NCBI GenBank assembly: GCA_963666515.2
Contig: OY762897.2
Location: 4,416,001-4,480,000 of the forward strand
From: Candidatus Binatia bacterium
GTDB taxonomy: Bacteria > Desulfobacterota > Binatia > UBA9968 > JAJDTQ01
Direction: 5' to 3'
Length of the DNA stretch: 64,000 nucleotides
Both the position numbers and the translations under genes were made by a program. Positions 35,503 to 45,363 of this stretch are shown here, one piece after another. The stretch's first letter is position 1; the number at the start of each line of letters is the position of its first letter. The notes under the pieces are model-generated. The model had not been told where the DNA came from. It did not search any database and saw only the letters and a program-made list of their open reading frames with translations.

Positions 35503-35589
35503 GCCGGAGTGGTGGAATTGGTAGACGCGCTGGACTCAAAATCCAGTAGGGGCAACCCTGTGGGGGTTCGAGTCCCCCCTCCGGCACCA
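35503..35589 (+). tRNA. tRNA-Leu(CAA)
   Basis: GCCGGAGTGGTGGAATTGGTAGACGCGCTGGACT-CAA-AATCCAG, long variable arm, GGTTCGAGTCC T-arm, ending CCGGCACCA; 87 nt. Confidence 0.97.
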
Positions 35590-35615
35590 TGAACCATAAT
35601 TCCACGGAGGTCCCC

Positions 35616-36254
35616 ATGAGCATCCAACTGTACTACGCCCCCGTCACCTGTGCGATGGCGCCCTACATCACGCTGACCGAGGCGGGAGCCGACTTCGAGG
35701 TCAAGGCGCTGAATTTCCGGGCCGGGCAGAACCGCACCGAGGAGTACATGCAGCTCAACCCCAAGCACAAGGTGCCGCTCCTGGTGGTGGATGGGCAGAC
35801 GCTCACCGAGAACGTCGCCATCCAGGTCTGGATCGCGCGCCGCTTCCCGGAGGCAAAGCTGCTGCCGTCGGATCCTTGGGAGGAGGTCAAGGCGATCTCG
35901 ATCATGTCGTGGTGCGCGTCGGGCATCCACCCGTACCTCAGCCGCATCAATTCGCCGGCCAAGGTCAGCGACGTGGCGGGAACCGAAGAGAGCGTGTCCC
36001 GCATCGCCGCGGAGTTCCTGGCCGAGACCAACGGCATCGCCGAGGCAATGCTGGAGGGGCGCGAGTACTTCTTCGACCACTTCACGGCGCCGGACGCGCA
36101 CTTCTTCTGGTGTGTGCGCCGCAGCACCCAGTTCGACATCGACCTGGAGCCCTACCCCAACGTCCGGGCGCACTTCGCGCGCATGCAGACGCGTCCGAGC
36201 GTGCAGAAGCTGCTGGCCTTCGAGAAGGAAACCCAGCAGTCATTCGCTGCGTGA
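35616..36254 (+). CDS. Glutathione S-transferase (beta-class-like)
   Basis: GGAGG RBS; LYYAPVTC, LNPKHKVP, LTENVAI and FTAPDAH. Confidence 0.92.
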   Translation: MSIQLYYAPVTCAMAPYITLTEAGADFEVKALNFRAGQNRTEEYMQLNPKHKVPLLVVDGQTLTENVAIQVWIARRFPEAKLLPSDPWEEVKAISIMSWCASGIHPYLSRINSPAKVSDVAGTEESVSRIAAEFLAETNGIAEAMLEGREYFFDHFTAPDAHFFWCVRRSTQFDIDLEPYPNVRAHFARMQTRPSVQKLLAFEKETQQSFAA

Positions 36255-38603
36255 GGGTACTTCGGCCGGCTTGGCCCGCACCAGCCACGCGCCCAGGGCC
36301 GGCAGCAGCACCACCGCGGCGATCATGTTCACCAGGAACATGAACATCAGCACGATGCCCATGTCGGCCTGGAACTTGAGCGGAGCGACGATCCAGGTGG
36401 CCACGCCCGCGGCCAGGGTGAGGCCGGTGAGCACCACGCCGGCGCCGGTGACGTTGAGCGTGCGCTCGTAGGCGTCGGCGAAGTCGAGGCCCTGGTCGAG
36501 GTGGGTGCGCAGCCGGCCGTAGATGTAGATGGCGTAGTCCACGCCGATGCCCACCCCCAGGGCCACCACCGGCAGGGTCGAGATCTTGAGGCCGATCTCC
36601 AGGATCGCCATGAGGCCGTAGGCCAGCAGCGACACCGCGGCCAGCGGCACGATGATGCACGCCGTCGCCGTCACCGAGCGGAACGAGATCAGGCACAGCA
36701 GGATCACCCCGGCGAAGACGTAGCCCAGGATCGGGAACTGGGAGGCGTCCACCTCCTCGTTGGTGGCGGCCATGACGCCCACGTTGCCGCCGGCCAGCCG
36801 GAACTTGATGCGCTCCAGGGTGTTGCGGCGCTGAAAGTCCTTGGTGGCGTCGACGACGCGCTGGATGGTCTCGGCCTTGTGGTCGGTGGTGTAGATCAGT
36901 ACGGGCATTACGCTGCAGTCGTTGTTGATCAGGCCGCTGGCGGTGGGCACCGGGGAGACCGATTGCACCAGGCTGTAGCGGTTCCGCGGCAGCGTGCGCC
37001 ACTTGAGATTGCCCTCGTTCCAGCCGGCGTTGAGGTTGCGGGCGACGCCGGCGAGGCTCAGCACCGACTGGACGCCCTCGACGTTGCGCACGTGCCACGC
37101 GAACTCGTCCAGGGTGGTGAGCACCTCGTAGTCGATGCAGCCGTCCGGCACCGTCTCCGCGAACACCGTGAGCACGTCGACGCCGATCTTGAAGCGGTCG
37201 GTGATGACGGCGATGTCGCGGTTGTAGACGGACTCCGCCCGCAACTCCGGCACCCCCTGATGGCGGTCGCCCACCTCCACCTGCACCGCGTAGTGCGCCC
37301 CCGCGGCCACCAGCACCGCGGCCAGGCCCACGGTCACGGCCGCGGGACCCCGGCGCGCCAGCCGCGCCGTACGCGACCACAACGGCTGCAGCACGTTGTC
37401 GCGTCCGGCCGCGGCCCGCCGCTGCGCGTCGCTCATGCGGATATACGACAGCAGCACCGGCAGCAGCGCCAGGTTGGTCAGGATGATGGCCACGATGCCC
37501 AGGCTGGCGGTGATGGCGGTTTCCCGGATGACCTGCACCTCGATGAGCGAGATGGTGATGAAGCCCACGGAGTCGGAGGCGAGCGCCACGGAGCCCGGCA
37601 GCAGCAGGCGCCGGAAGCTGGCCCGCGCCGCGTCCAGGCCGGCGGCCCCGGCCACCACCTCGGCGCGCACCGCGCTGACCATCTGCACCCCGTGGCTGAC
37701 CCCCACCGCGAACACCAGGAACGGCACCAGGATGGACATGGGATCGATGCCGAAGCCCAGGGCGGTGACCGTGCCGAGCTGCCACACCACCGCTACCAGC
37801 GAGCACACCAGCGGCGGTATGGTGAGACGCACCGAGCGGGTGTAGAGGAACACGAACAGCGCGGTGATCAGGAACGTGATCCCGAAGAACGCGATGACCC
37901 GGACCGCGCCCGCGGCGACGTCCCCCACCAGCTTGGCGAAGCCGATGACGTGCACGTTCACGGCGCCGGTTGCCTCCGCCTTGGCGCGGATATCCTCGAG
38001 CTGGCGCGCCACCTCGATGTAGTCCAGCCGCTCGCCGGTATTGGGGTGGAACTCCTGCAGCCGGCCGCTGACGATGGCGCCGCTGAAGTCGTTGGCCACG
38101 AGCCGGCCGACGACGCCGGCCTTGATGGCGTTCTCGCGCACCCGGGCCAGATCCGCCTGTGTGGCCCGGAAGTTCCCCGGCAACACGTTGCCGGCGGTCA
38201 CGCCGTCCTCCACCACCTCGATGTAGCGCACGTTGGGGGTGAGGATGGAGTAGACCTGGGTGCGGTCGATGCCCGGCAGGAAGAACATGGCGTCGGTGAC
38301 TTGGCGCAGCACCTCGAAGAACTCGGGCGTGAACATGTCGCCCTCGCGCGCGGTGATGGCGATCACCACCCGGTCCGCGTCGCCGAACGTCTCCCGGTGC
38401 TTTAGGAAGGTCTGCATGTACTCGTGCTTGAGGGGCACGAGCTTGAAGAACCCGGCATCCACCCGCAACTGCGCCGCGTACCATCCCATCACCAGGGTGA
38501 TGAGGGCGAAGGCGGCGAGCACGAGCGCGCGGCGGCCGAACAGGCAACGCTCGATGCAGGCCGCGAGCGGGTTCGGCGGGGAGGTGTCGGGTGCGTCCGG
38601 CAT
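36240..38603 (-). CDS. RND/MMPL family transporter
   Basis: Two hydrophobic repeats; LVPFLVFAVGVSHGVQ, GVGIGVDYAIY, TGAGV..TGLTL and LKFQADMG. Confidence 0.92.
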   Translation of the reverse strand: MPDAPDTSPPNPLAACIERCLFGRRALVLAAFALITLVMGWYAAQLRVDAGFFKLVPLKHEYMQTFLKHRETFGDADRVVIAITAREGDMFTPEFFEVLRQVTDAMFFLPGIDRTQVYSILTPNVRYIEVVEDGVTAGNVLPGNFRATQADLARVRENAIKAGVVGRLVANDFSGAIVSGRLQEFHPNTGERLDYIEVARQLEDIRAKAEATGAVNVHVIGFAKLVGDVAAGAVRVIAFFGITFLITALFVFLYTRSVRLTIPPLVCSLVAVVWQLGTVTALGFGIDPMSILVPFLVFAVGVSHGVQMVSAVRAEVVAGAAGLDAARASFRRLLLPGSVALASDSVGFITISLIEVQVIRETAITASLGIVAIILTNLALLPVLLSYIRMSDAQRRAAAGRDNVLQPLWSRTARLARRGPAAVTVGLAAVLVAAGAHYAVQVEVGDRHQGVPELRAESVYNRDIAVITDRFKIGVDVLTVFAETVPDGCIDYEVLTTLDEFAWHVRNVEGVQSVLSLAGVARNLNAGWNEGNLKWRTLPRNRYSLVQSVSPVPTASGLINNDCSVMPVLIYTTDHKAETIQRVVDATKDFQRRNTLERIKFRLAGGNVGVMAATNEEVDASQFPILGYVFAGVILLCLISFRSVTATACIIVPLAAVSLLAYGLMAILEIGLKISTLPVVALGVGIGVDYAIYIYGRLRTHLDQGLDFADAYERTLNVTGAGVVLTGLTLAAGVATWIVAPLKFQADMGIVLMFMFLVNMIAAVVLLPALGAWLVRAKPAEVPSRSE

Positions 38604-38624
38604 GGGCGGTCCTGGGACGGCGAG

Positions 38625-39557
38625 CTACTCCGGCAGGGGCAGCCGCCGGACGCCGAACTCTCCGGTGAGCAGCACGCTGCCGCCGGCCAGGGGCAACGCC
38701 GACGTGATGCCCTGGCGCGACGGAAGCCGTGTGGCTGACACGCTGCCGCCGCGGTCCCGGCTGGTGAGCAGGATGCCTTCGAGGCCGGTGACGAGCACCC
38801 CTCCGTCCGGTAGACGGACGGCGTTGGTGAGGGTCGCGGTGGTGCCGGTGGCCACCTGCGTCCAGCTCTCGCCCGCGTCGTCGGAACGGAACAGGTGGCC
38901 CCGGAGCCCGTGCAGCAGGATACGGCCGCGGTCGAGCACGAGGGCGCCGTACCATGAACCGGTATACGGGGAGGAAAGCTCGCGCCAGCTCTCGCCCGCG
39001 TCGTCGGAACGGTACAACACTCCCGCCTCCGCCGCCATGAACAGCCGCCCCGCCCCCGCCGGCACGATCTCGTTCAGGTGGAAGTCGTCCTTGCTGATGG
39101 CGCGGGAAGCCCAGGTCCTGCCGCCGTCCCGGGTGGCCAGGAAATAGCCGTAGGCCCCCACCGCGAAGCCCGTCTCCTCGTCCCGGAACCAGACGTCCAG
39201 CAGGGGGCGCTCCTCTTCGGGCGCGCGGTGCATAAGCTTCCAGGTGGCGCCGCCGTCGTCGGTGCGGAGGATCACCGCATCGTGGCCGACGGCCCAGCCG
39301 GTCTTTTCGTCGTGCATGTGCACCGCGGTCAGCAGCGCCCGGGTCGGGACCCGTGCCTGCTCCCAGGTGGTTCCGCGGTCGTCGGAGAACAGGATGTGGC
39401 CGCGCTGGCCCACTGCCAAGATCCTTGGGCCGGCCGCGGCAGTATCCAGCAGCAGGGACTGGACGGCCAAAGGCGCCTCCACCGCCGGTTTGGCGTCCGC
39501 GGAGGCCTGGACGGCGAGGCAGAGGATCAGGATCGGCAGCAGGGCCGCCGGCTTCAC
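38625..39557 (-). CDS. YCF48/BNR-repeat beta-propeller protein
   Basis: GTG overlaps the upstream TGA; repeated SxDxGxTW boxes, AVGQRGHIL and AVGHDAVIL. Confidence 0.9.
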   Translation of the reverse strand: MKPAALLPILILCLAVQASADAKPAVEAPLAVQSLLLDTAAAGPRILAVGQRGHILFSDDRGTTWEQARVPTRALLTAVHMHDEKTGWAVGHDAVILRTDDGGATWKLMHRAPEEERPLLDVWFRDEETGFAVGAYGYFLATRDGGRTWASRAISKDDFHLNEIVPAGAGRLFMAAEAGVLYRSDDAGESWRELSSPYTGSWYGALVLDRGRILLHGLRGHLFRSDDAGESWTQVATGTTATLTNAVRLPDGGVLVTGLEGILLTSRDRGGSVSATRLPSRQGITSALPLAGGSVLLTGEFGVRRLPLPE

Positions 39558-40924
39558 CGCCTGCCCGCGCGGCGCAGGGACGAGGGCTTGAAGTCCCTGG
39601 ACTTGAAGTTGACGTCGTAGGTGCACATCGGGAACTCGTTGTCGAGGCCGAGGGCGAGGTAGCGTCCCGCCTGCAGGTCGTGGTGGATTTCCAGGGTCGG
39701 CCAGCTCAGCGGCTTCTCGTAGTAGTTGATGACGTGGCCTTCGGACACCCGCCAGAGCTGGTCGCGGTTGTCGTAGATGTCCACCAGCAGCACTTGCCAG
39801 GAATCCTCGTCGATGTAGAACGTCCGCCGTTTGTAGAGGTGGCTCGCGCCTTCCTTGAGTGTCGCGTCCACGATCCAGACCCGGTGCAACTCGTAACGCA
39901 GGTGCTCCGGGTTGACGTGCAGCGGCTGGATGATGTCGTTGAAGGAGAGCTTGTCGCTGTGCGCCCGGTAGGCGTTGTACGGCACGTACATCTCACGCTT
40001 GCCCACGAGCTTCCAGTCGTAGCGGTCCACCGCTCCGTTGAACATGTCGAACTGGTCCGCGGTGCGCAGCCCGTCCGAGGTGGTGCCCGGGTTGTCGTAG
40101 GCGATGTTCGGCGCGCGCCGCACCCGGCGCTGGCCCGGGTTGTAGGTCCAGGCGCTACGCGGCTGGCGGGCCTGGTTGATGGTCTCGTGCACCAGCACGA
40201 TGTCTCCGGCAAGCCGCGCCGGCGCCGTCACCCGCTGCTTGAACAGGATCATGGTGTTGCCGAGCTTCTCCACGGTCATGTCCGGCAGCGAGTAGCGCAC
40301 GCTCACGTCGACGGCGTACTTGACCAGCGTGTAGTCGCCGCCGCGGGTCACCGCCGCCTGCCCCAGCGTGCAGGACACGGTCTCGCCCCGATAGCGCAGC
40401 AGGTGGTTCCAGATCACCTCCAGGCCGTTCTTGGGGATGGGGAACGGGATGCCGACCACCGCGCCGTCGACGCCGTTGCCGTCATCCACCAGCCTGGCGG
40501 TGGCGGCGATCTTCCGGGTGGCGTCGTAGATGCGCTGAGGGACCGAGGCGCTGCGCCGGGTGGGGTACACCGTCAGTTTGTACGTCGGGTAGGTCTCCAG
40601 CATGCGCTGGTGCCCCAGGGAGAGTTTGTCCCGGTACTTGTCGAGGTTGCTCTTGTCGATGACGAAGAGCGGCTTGTCGCCCGCGTAGGGATCCCGGTGG
40701 TGCTCGCCGAGCTGGTAGCCCGCCGGCGGCTGGGTGATCCCGCCCGTCCACTCGGGGATGGTGCCGTCGGCGTTGCCGGCCCGCTCCGCTCCGAGCGGGG
40801 TCAGGTCCTTGCCGAGCCGCGCGATGTCGTCCGCGGAGATCTCCGCGCCTGCGGAAGAAGCCAGTGCAAACGCCAAGGCGAGCGCTGCGCCGAGTCCAAG
40901 AGCCAGTGCTTTCATGTTGGTCAT
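39554..40924 (-). CDS. DUF1329 family periplasmic protein
   Basis: Signal peptide; LGKDLTPLGAERAGNADGTIPEW, PFPIPKNG, YNPGQRRVRRAP and RYELHRVWIV. Confidence 0.92.
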   Translation of the reverse strand: MTNMKALALGLGAALALAFALASSAGAEISADDIARLGKDLTPLGAERAGNADGTIPEWTGGITQPPAGYQLGEHHRDPYAGDKPLFVIDKSNLDKYRDKLSLGHQRMLETYPTYKLTVYPTRRSASVPQRIYDATRKIAATARLVDDGNGVDGAVVGIPFPIPKNGLEVIWNHLLRYRGETVSCTLGQAAVTRGGDYTLVKYAVDVSVRYSLPDMTVEKLGNTMILFKQRVTAPARLAGDIVLVHETINQARQPRSAWTYNPGQRRVRRAPNIAYDNPGTTSDGLRTADQFDMFNGAVDRYDWKLVGKREMYVPYNAYRAHSDKLSFNDIIQPLHVNPEHLRYELHRVWIVDATLKEGASHLYKRRTFYIDEDSWQVLLVDIYDNRDQLWRVSEGHVINYYEKPLSWPTLEIHHDLQAGRYLALGLDNEFPMCTYDVNFKSRDFKPSSLRRAGRR

Positions 40925-40925
40925 A

Positions 40926-42749
40926 TCAGAAAGAGTATTTGATCGTGGCCGTGATGAAATCCCGATCGGCCAGTTCATTCTTGCGGCCGGCGTACCGCGT
41001 GTAGCTCAGGTCGGTCTGCCAGCGGCTGAGATAGTCGGCGCGCACTCCAAGGGTCAGCGCGGTCAGGCCCTCCACGAACGAGCCGCTGGGGGACGGGCTG
41101 TCGCCCTGGAAGTCGTGCCGGAACTGGACGTACGGGAACAGGTTCACCGCGGCGATGACGTTGCTGTAGTCGAGACGTGCCGCCATCCGGTAGCCGAACG
41201 AGGTTGAATCCGCGGCGACGTCGCCGTCCGCGGGAGTCTCAAGCTTCAGTTCGGTCAGTTCCGGCAGGTCGTGCACGTACATCATGGCCACTTCGGTAAT
41301 GAACGCCAGACCGTCCGCTCCCAGCATCGGTCCGAACACTTTCGTGGCGGTGGCTTGTATCTGGCTCACGTCGCGCCTGATGTAGCCGGGGACATCCGAG
41401 TCGAAACCATGGGTGCCCGGGGCGCCGGCGGCGATGCAGGCTTGCGGGTTCGGGAGGCAGCCGAGAAACGGAGCCAAGCCGTCCTTAATCACCTGGGCTT
41501 CCTGTATCTGCAGCGGCGAATCCTGACGGAACGTATATTCCCCTTGCAGCGCCCACCCCAAGGTCCCGAGCTGGGTGTTGAAGCTCAGGCCGAAAAGCTG
41601 GATGTCGTCGGGATACTCGACGAAGTAGTAGCCCTCGTCGATGTAACGGTCGATGCCGTAGATCACCGCAGCCTTTCTCGCCTCTGTCTCGGCATCTTGG
41701 GGAGGCAAGCCCGCGGCGATGAACCGTCGGACGAGGTTTGGCACCGCCGCCTGAATGGCCCCCACGCCGGCTAGGGTGCTTTGCACGGTTCCGGTGTGCG
41801 CCCGCACGGTCGGCAGGCGGCTGTGGTAGTTCATGTAGTAGAAGCCGAATTCGGTGTTGTTCAACTCCTCGGCGAGGTAGCGAAACGCCATCCCCCACTG
41901 GCCCGAGCCACGCGGGTTGCGGTCCGCGCCGCGTGCCGCGTCCAGGAAATTGGGGTCTTGTCCCAATACCACTCCGGCTGCCGCAAGCGCGGGGTAGAGG
42001 TTGGGGTCATCGAGAAATATCTTGTCTGCGCCCGCGCCCACGTAGTCGGTGGTCGAGAAGTAGCTGCCCACGGGGTCGATCTCGGTCTTCTCCCAGCCGA
42101 GTTGATAGAAGCCCTCCACGGACAGGTTGTAGGGCAACTCCACCACCGCCGACACCAGCGGAACCGCTACCAACGCCTCGCGCAACTCTGCGCCCGGAAC
42201 CCTGAGCTTGCTCACGTCGAACGGGTTGACGGCGTTGACGCCATTCTGGATGAACGTGCTCTCGCCCCAGTTCAGAACGTGTTTGCCCGCGCGGATGTCC
42301 ACCGCGGCGCCGCCGAGGTCGAAGGTTGCCGTGCCGTAGGCGTCGAGCAGGTCGATGTCTTTGCCGACTTTGGCCACTGCGGCGTCGGAAAGCGGCTTGT
42401 GCGGGCGGTCGCCGTCTGCGTTCTCGATGTCGTAGAAGCCGCTGGCGCGAAGGAACAGGCCGAAGTTGCGGTAGGCGACATCCAGATCACTGGTGAACTT
42501 GGCGGCGTTGCTGACGATCCCGCGGTCGTAGTTGAGGTTGCCGTCGTTGCCGTTGAGTTCCTCCGACAGTTGCGGCTCATGCTTGCCCACGCGGTAGAGC
42601 ACGCCGTATGACAGTGTCGTGTCGAAGCTCGCCTCGACCTCGCCCGAGCTCAGGTCGAGCGCGGCGGCTGGCGCCACCCACAGAAAGGCACCCATGGCGA
42701 ACGCCAAAGCGGAGAGAACCACAACCTTGCCGATGTGCTTGAGAATCAT
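40926..42749 (-). CDS. DUF1302 family outer-membrane beta-barrel protein
   Basis: Signal peptide; NGNDGNLNY, LLDAY, NWGESTF, PGAELRE and NYHSRLP; C-terminal DRDFITATIKYSF (BAM-type terminal Phe). Confidence 0.92.
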   Translation of the reverse strand: MILKHIGKVVVLSALAFAMGAFLWVAPAAALDLSSGEVEASFDTTLSYGVLYRVGKHEPQLSEELNGNDGNLNYDRGIVSNAAKFTSDLDVAYRNFGLFLRASGFYDIENADGDRPHKPLSDAAVAKVGKDIDLLDAYGTATFDLGGAAVDIRAGKHVLNWGESTFIQNGVNAVNPFDVSKLRVPGAELREALVAVPLVSAVVELPYNLSVEGFYQLGWEKTEIDPVGSYFSTTDYVGAGADKIFLDDPNLYPALAAAGVVLGQDPNFLDAARGADRNPRGSGQWGMAFRYLAEELNNTEFGFYYMNYHSRLPTVRAHTGTVQSTLAGVGAIQAAVPNLVRRFIAAGLPPQDAETEARKAAVIYGIDRYIDEGYYFVEYPDDIQLFGLSFNTQLGTLGWALQGEYTFRQDSPLQIQEAQVIKDGLAPFLGCLPNPQACIAAGAPGTHGFDSDVPGYIRRDVSQIQATATKVFGPMLGADGLAFITEVAMMYVHDLPELTELKLETPADGDVAADSTSFGYRMAARLDYSNVIAAVNLFPYVQFRHDFQGDSPSPSGSFVEGLTALTLGVRADYLSRWQTDLSYTRYAGRKNELADRDFITATIKYSF

Positions 42750-42878
42750 GCGTAGGCGACTATCACTTTACGATATCGGATGTCAAGTCGGCCCCCACGT
42801 GGTCCGGTGACGCCGCATGTCAATTTCGGTATCATTGGCGCCAGAAATCGGCATAGATGGATGAGAAGGATTCAGGTC

Positions 42879-43472
42879 ATGTCGTATCGGCCTCAAGACG
42901 GGTTCTTTCGCAAGGCCAGGCGCGAGGGTTACCGGTCGCGGGCAGCCTACAAGCTGCTGGAGATCAACCAGCGCTTCCGGGTCATCCGCGCCGGTCACGT
43001 GGTGGTGGACCTTGGCGCCGCGCCCGGCGGATGGCTTCAGGTTGCCGCCGAGCTTGCCGGCCCGAGGGGCCGGGTGCTGGGCTTCGATCTGCAACCGATA
43101 CAACCCCTCCCCGGAGGGAGCGTGCAGGCGTTCGAGCTGGACGTCCTCGCGCAGGACGCCGCGGAGCGCATCGGCGCGCACGCGGGAGGGGCGGTGGACT
43201 GCGTCCTCTCCGACATGGCGCCGCGCCTTTCCGGTATCCGCGACGCGGACCGCCGGCGCGCCCTGGAGCTTGCCCTCGGGGCTTTCGAGATCGCCGGGTC
43301 GATTCTGAGACCCCGCGGCGCGTTCCTGTTCAAGACTTTCGCCGGCACGGACATCGACGCTCTCCTGAAGGAGATGTCGGAGCGTTTCCAGGCGGTGCAG
43401 CGGGCGCGCTCCGCGGCCACGCGCAAGGGTTCGTCGGAAGTCTACGTAGTGGCCAAGGGCTTCAGGGGCTGA
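42879..43472 (+). CDS. rlmE: 23S rRNA Um2552 methyltransferase RlmE
   Basis: GYRSRAAYKLLEI, VDLGAAPGGW, VLSDMAP and SSEVYVVAKGF. Confidence 0.95.
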   Translation: MSYRPQDGFFRKARREGYRSRAAYKLLEINQRFRVIRAGHVVVDLGAAPGGWLQVAAELAGPRGRVLGFDLQPIQPLPGGSVQAFELDVLAQDAAERIGAHAGGAVDCVLSDMAPRLSGIRDADRRRALELALGAFEIAGSILRPRGAFLFKTFAGTDIDALLKEMSERFQAVQRARSAATRKGSSEVYVVAKGFRG

Positions 43473-43495
43473 GGAACGCTCCGGGAGATGAGAAA

Positions 43496-45319
43496 CTACT
43501 CCACGGTGACGCTCTTGGCGAGGTTGCGCGGCTGGTCCACGTCGGTGCCCCGGTGGACGGCAATGTGATAGGCCAATAGCTGCATCGGGATGGTCATCAC
43601 CACCGGCGCCAGGTGGTACGGGACCTTGGGGACCACGAGCGTGGACTTCGAGGCCAGGCTCTCGTCGGGCTCGTCGGTGACGACGACCAGGTTGCCGCCC
43701 CGCGCCTCGACTTCCTTCAGGTTGCTGACGGTCTTCGGGTAGTAGTGGTCCCTGGGCAGGATCATCACCACGGGCATGCTTTCGTCGATGAGGGCGATGG
43801 GGCCGTGCTTCATCTCGCCCGCGGGATAGCCCTCGGCGTGGATGTAAGAGATCTCCTTCAGCTTGAGGGCTCCTTCGAGGGCGATGGGGTAGTTGATGCC
43901 CCGGCCCAGGTAGAGGACGTCGCCGGCGTGGCTCAGTCCGTGGGCCAGTTCGGCGACCGGCTCCTCGAGCTTCAGCGCCGCCTCGATCCATCCCGGCAGC
44001 CGCGCAGCGTCCTCCAGCAGCCGGGTGGCGTCATCGGCCCCGAGCTGCCCGTTGAGGCGCCCCAGCCGGACGGCCAGCAGGTAGAGGGCCGTGAGCTGAG
44101 TGGTGAACGCCTTGGTGCTGGCGACGCTGATCTCCGGGCCGGCGTGGGTGTAGAAGACGCCGTCGGACTTCCGCGCCAGGGACGAATCCACGACGTTGCA
44201 GACGGACACGGTCCTGGCGCCCTGGCGGCGTCCCACCTCCAGGGCCGCCAGCGTGTCCGCGGTCTCGCCCGACTGGCTCACCAGGAGCAGCAGCGAGTCC
44301 GGTCCCAGCAGCGGCGTGCGATGGCGGAATTCCGAGCCGTAGTCCACCTCGGCCGGGATGCGCGCCAGCTCCTCGATCAGGAACTTGCCCACCAGCGCCG
44401 CGTGCCACGCGGTCCCGCAGCCCACCAGGTGTATCTTCCGGGTGCTCGCCAGTTGCTCCTCGGTGAGATGGAGTTCCGCCTCGTTGACGCCGCCGGATTC
44501 GAGGGCGATGCGCCCGCGCAGGGTGTCGGTGACGGCCTGGGGCTGCTCGTGGATCTCCTTGAGCATGAAATGCCGGTAGCCGCCTTTTTGCGCGGCCAGG
44601 GCGTCCCAGGTGATCCTCCTGGTCGCCCGCGTCAACGGCCGCGCCCCGGCGTCGAGGATGCGGAAGCCGCCGGCCCGGACCTCGGCGATCTCGCCGTCCT
44701 CCAGGAAGGCCACGTCCCGTGTGTACTCCAGCAACGCCGGGACGTCCGAGGCGATGAAGGTCTCGCCGTCGCCTTCGCCGATGACGATGGGCGAGGCGTT
44801 CTTGGCCACGATGAGCCGGTGGGGGTCACGCCGGCTCAGGAAGACCAGGGCGTAGGAGCCGTGGACTTCGCCGATGGTTTCACGGACGGCGTCGAGCAGG
44901 TCCATTCCCCGCGCCAGCCTGGCCTCCACCAGGTGGGCGACGAGTTCGGTGTCGGTCTCCGAGGCCAGCTCCGCGCCGCGCCCGAGCAGCGCTTCCTTGA
45001 GATCGAGATAGTTCTCGATGATGCCGTTGTGCACCACCACCGTGTCGCCGGCCCGGTGCGGGTGGGCGTTGGCCTCGGACGGGCCGCCGTGGGTGGCCCA
45101 GCGCGTGTGGCCGATGCCGGCGTGGCCCCGGACGGCCGCATCGGCCACGAGGGCCTCGAGCCTGGCGAGCTTCCCTTCCGCGCGCCGCAGCGAGATGTCC
45201 CCGCCGTCCAGGACGGCGATGCCGGCGGAGTCATAGCCGCGGTATTCCAGCTTCTTCAGGCTGTCGATGAGCACCGGGGCGGCGTCTCGGCCGCCGATGT
45301 ATCCTACGATTCCACACAT
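43496..45319 (-). CDS. glmS: Glutamine-fructose-6-phosphate aminotransferase
   Basis: MCGIVG, LEYRGYDSAG, GHTRWATHG, SQSGETADT, ASTKAF and PRNLAKSVTVE. Confidence 0.98.
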   Translation of the reverse strand: MCGIVGYIGGRDAAPVLIDSLKKLEYRGYDSAGIAVLDGGDISLRRAEGKLARLEALVADAAVRGHAGIGHTRWATHGGPSEANAHPHRAGDTVVVHNGIIENYLDLKEALLGRGAELASETDTELVAHLVEARLARGMDLLDAVRETIGEVHGSYALVFLSRRDPHRLIVAKNASPIVIGEGDGETFIASDVPALLEYTRDVAFLEDGEIAEVRAGGFRILDAGARPLTRATRRITWDALAAQKGGYRHFMLKEIHEQPQAVTDTLRGRIALESGGVNEAELHLTEEQLASTRKIHLVGCGTAWHAALVGKFLIEELARIPAEVDYGSEFRHRTPLLGPDSLLLLVSQSGETADTLAALEVGRRQGARTVSVCNVVDSSLARKSDGVFYTHAGPEISVASTKAFTTQLTALYLLAVRLGRLNGQLGADDATRLLEDAARLPGWIEAALKLEEPVAELAHGLSHAGDVLYLGRGINYPIALEGALKLKEISYIHAEGYPAGEMKHGPIALIDESMPVVMILPRDHYYPKTVSNLKEVEARGGNLVVVTDEPDESLASKSTLVVPKVPYHLAPVVMTIPMQLLAYHIAVHRGTDVDQPRNLAKSVTVE

Positions 45320-45363
45320 GGATGGCTGGTTGCGTGTGCCCGCGCGGGCGGATCTGAAACGGC

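Noticed and set aside
36082-38955. 957-aa and 634-aa ORFs overlapping the RND gene, and similar Arg/Gly/Pro-rich ORFs across the window
   Set aside because: Off-frame or antisense ORFs caused by GC3 bias; each overlaps a well-supported gene.
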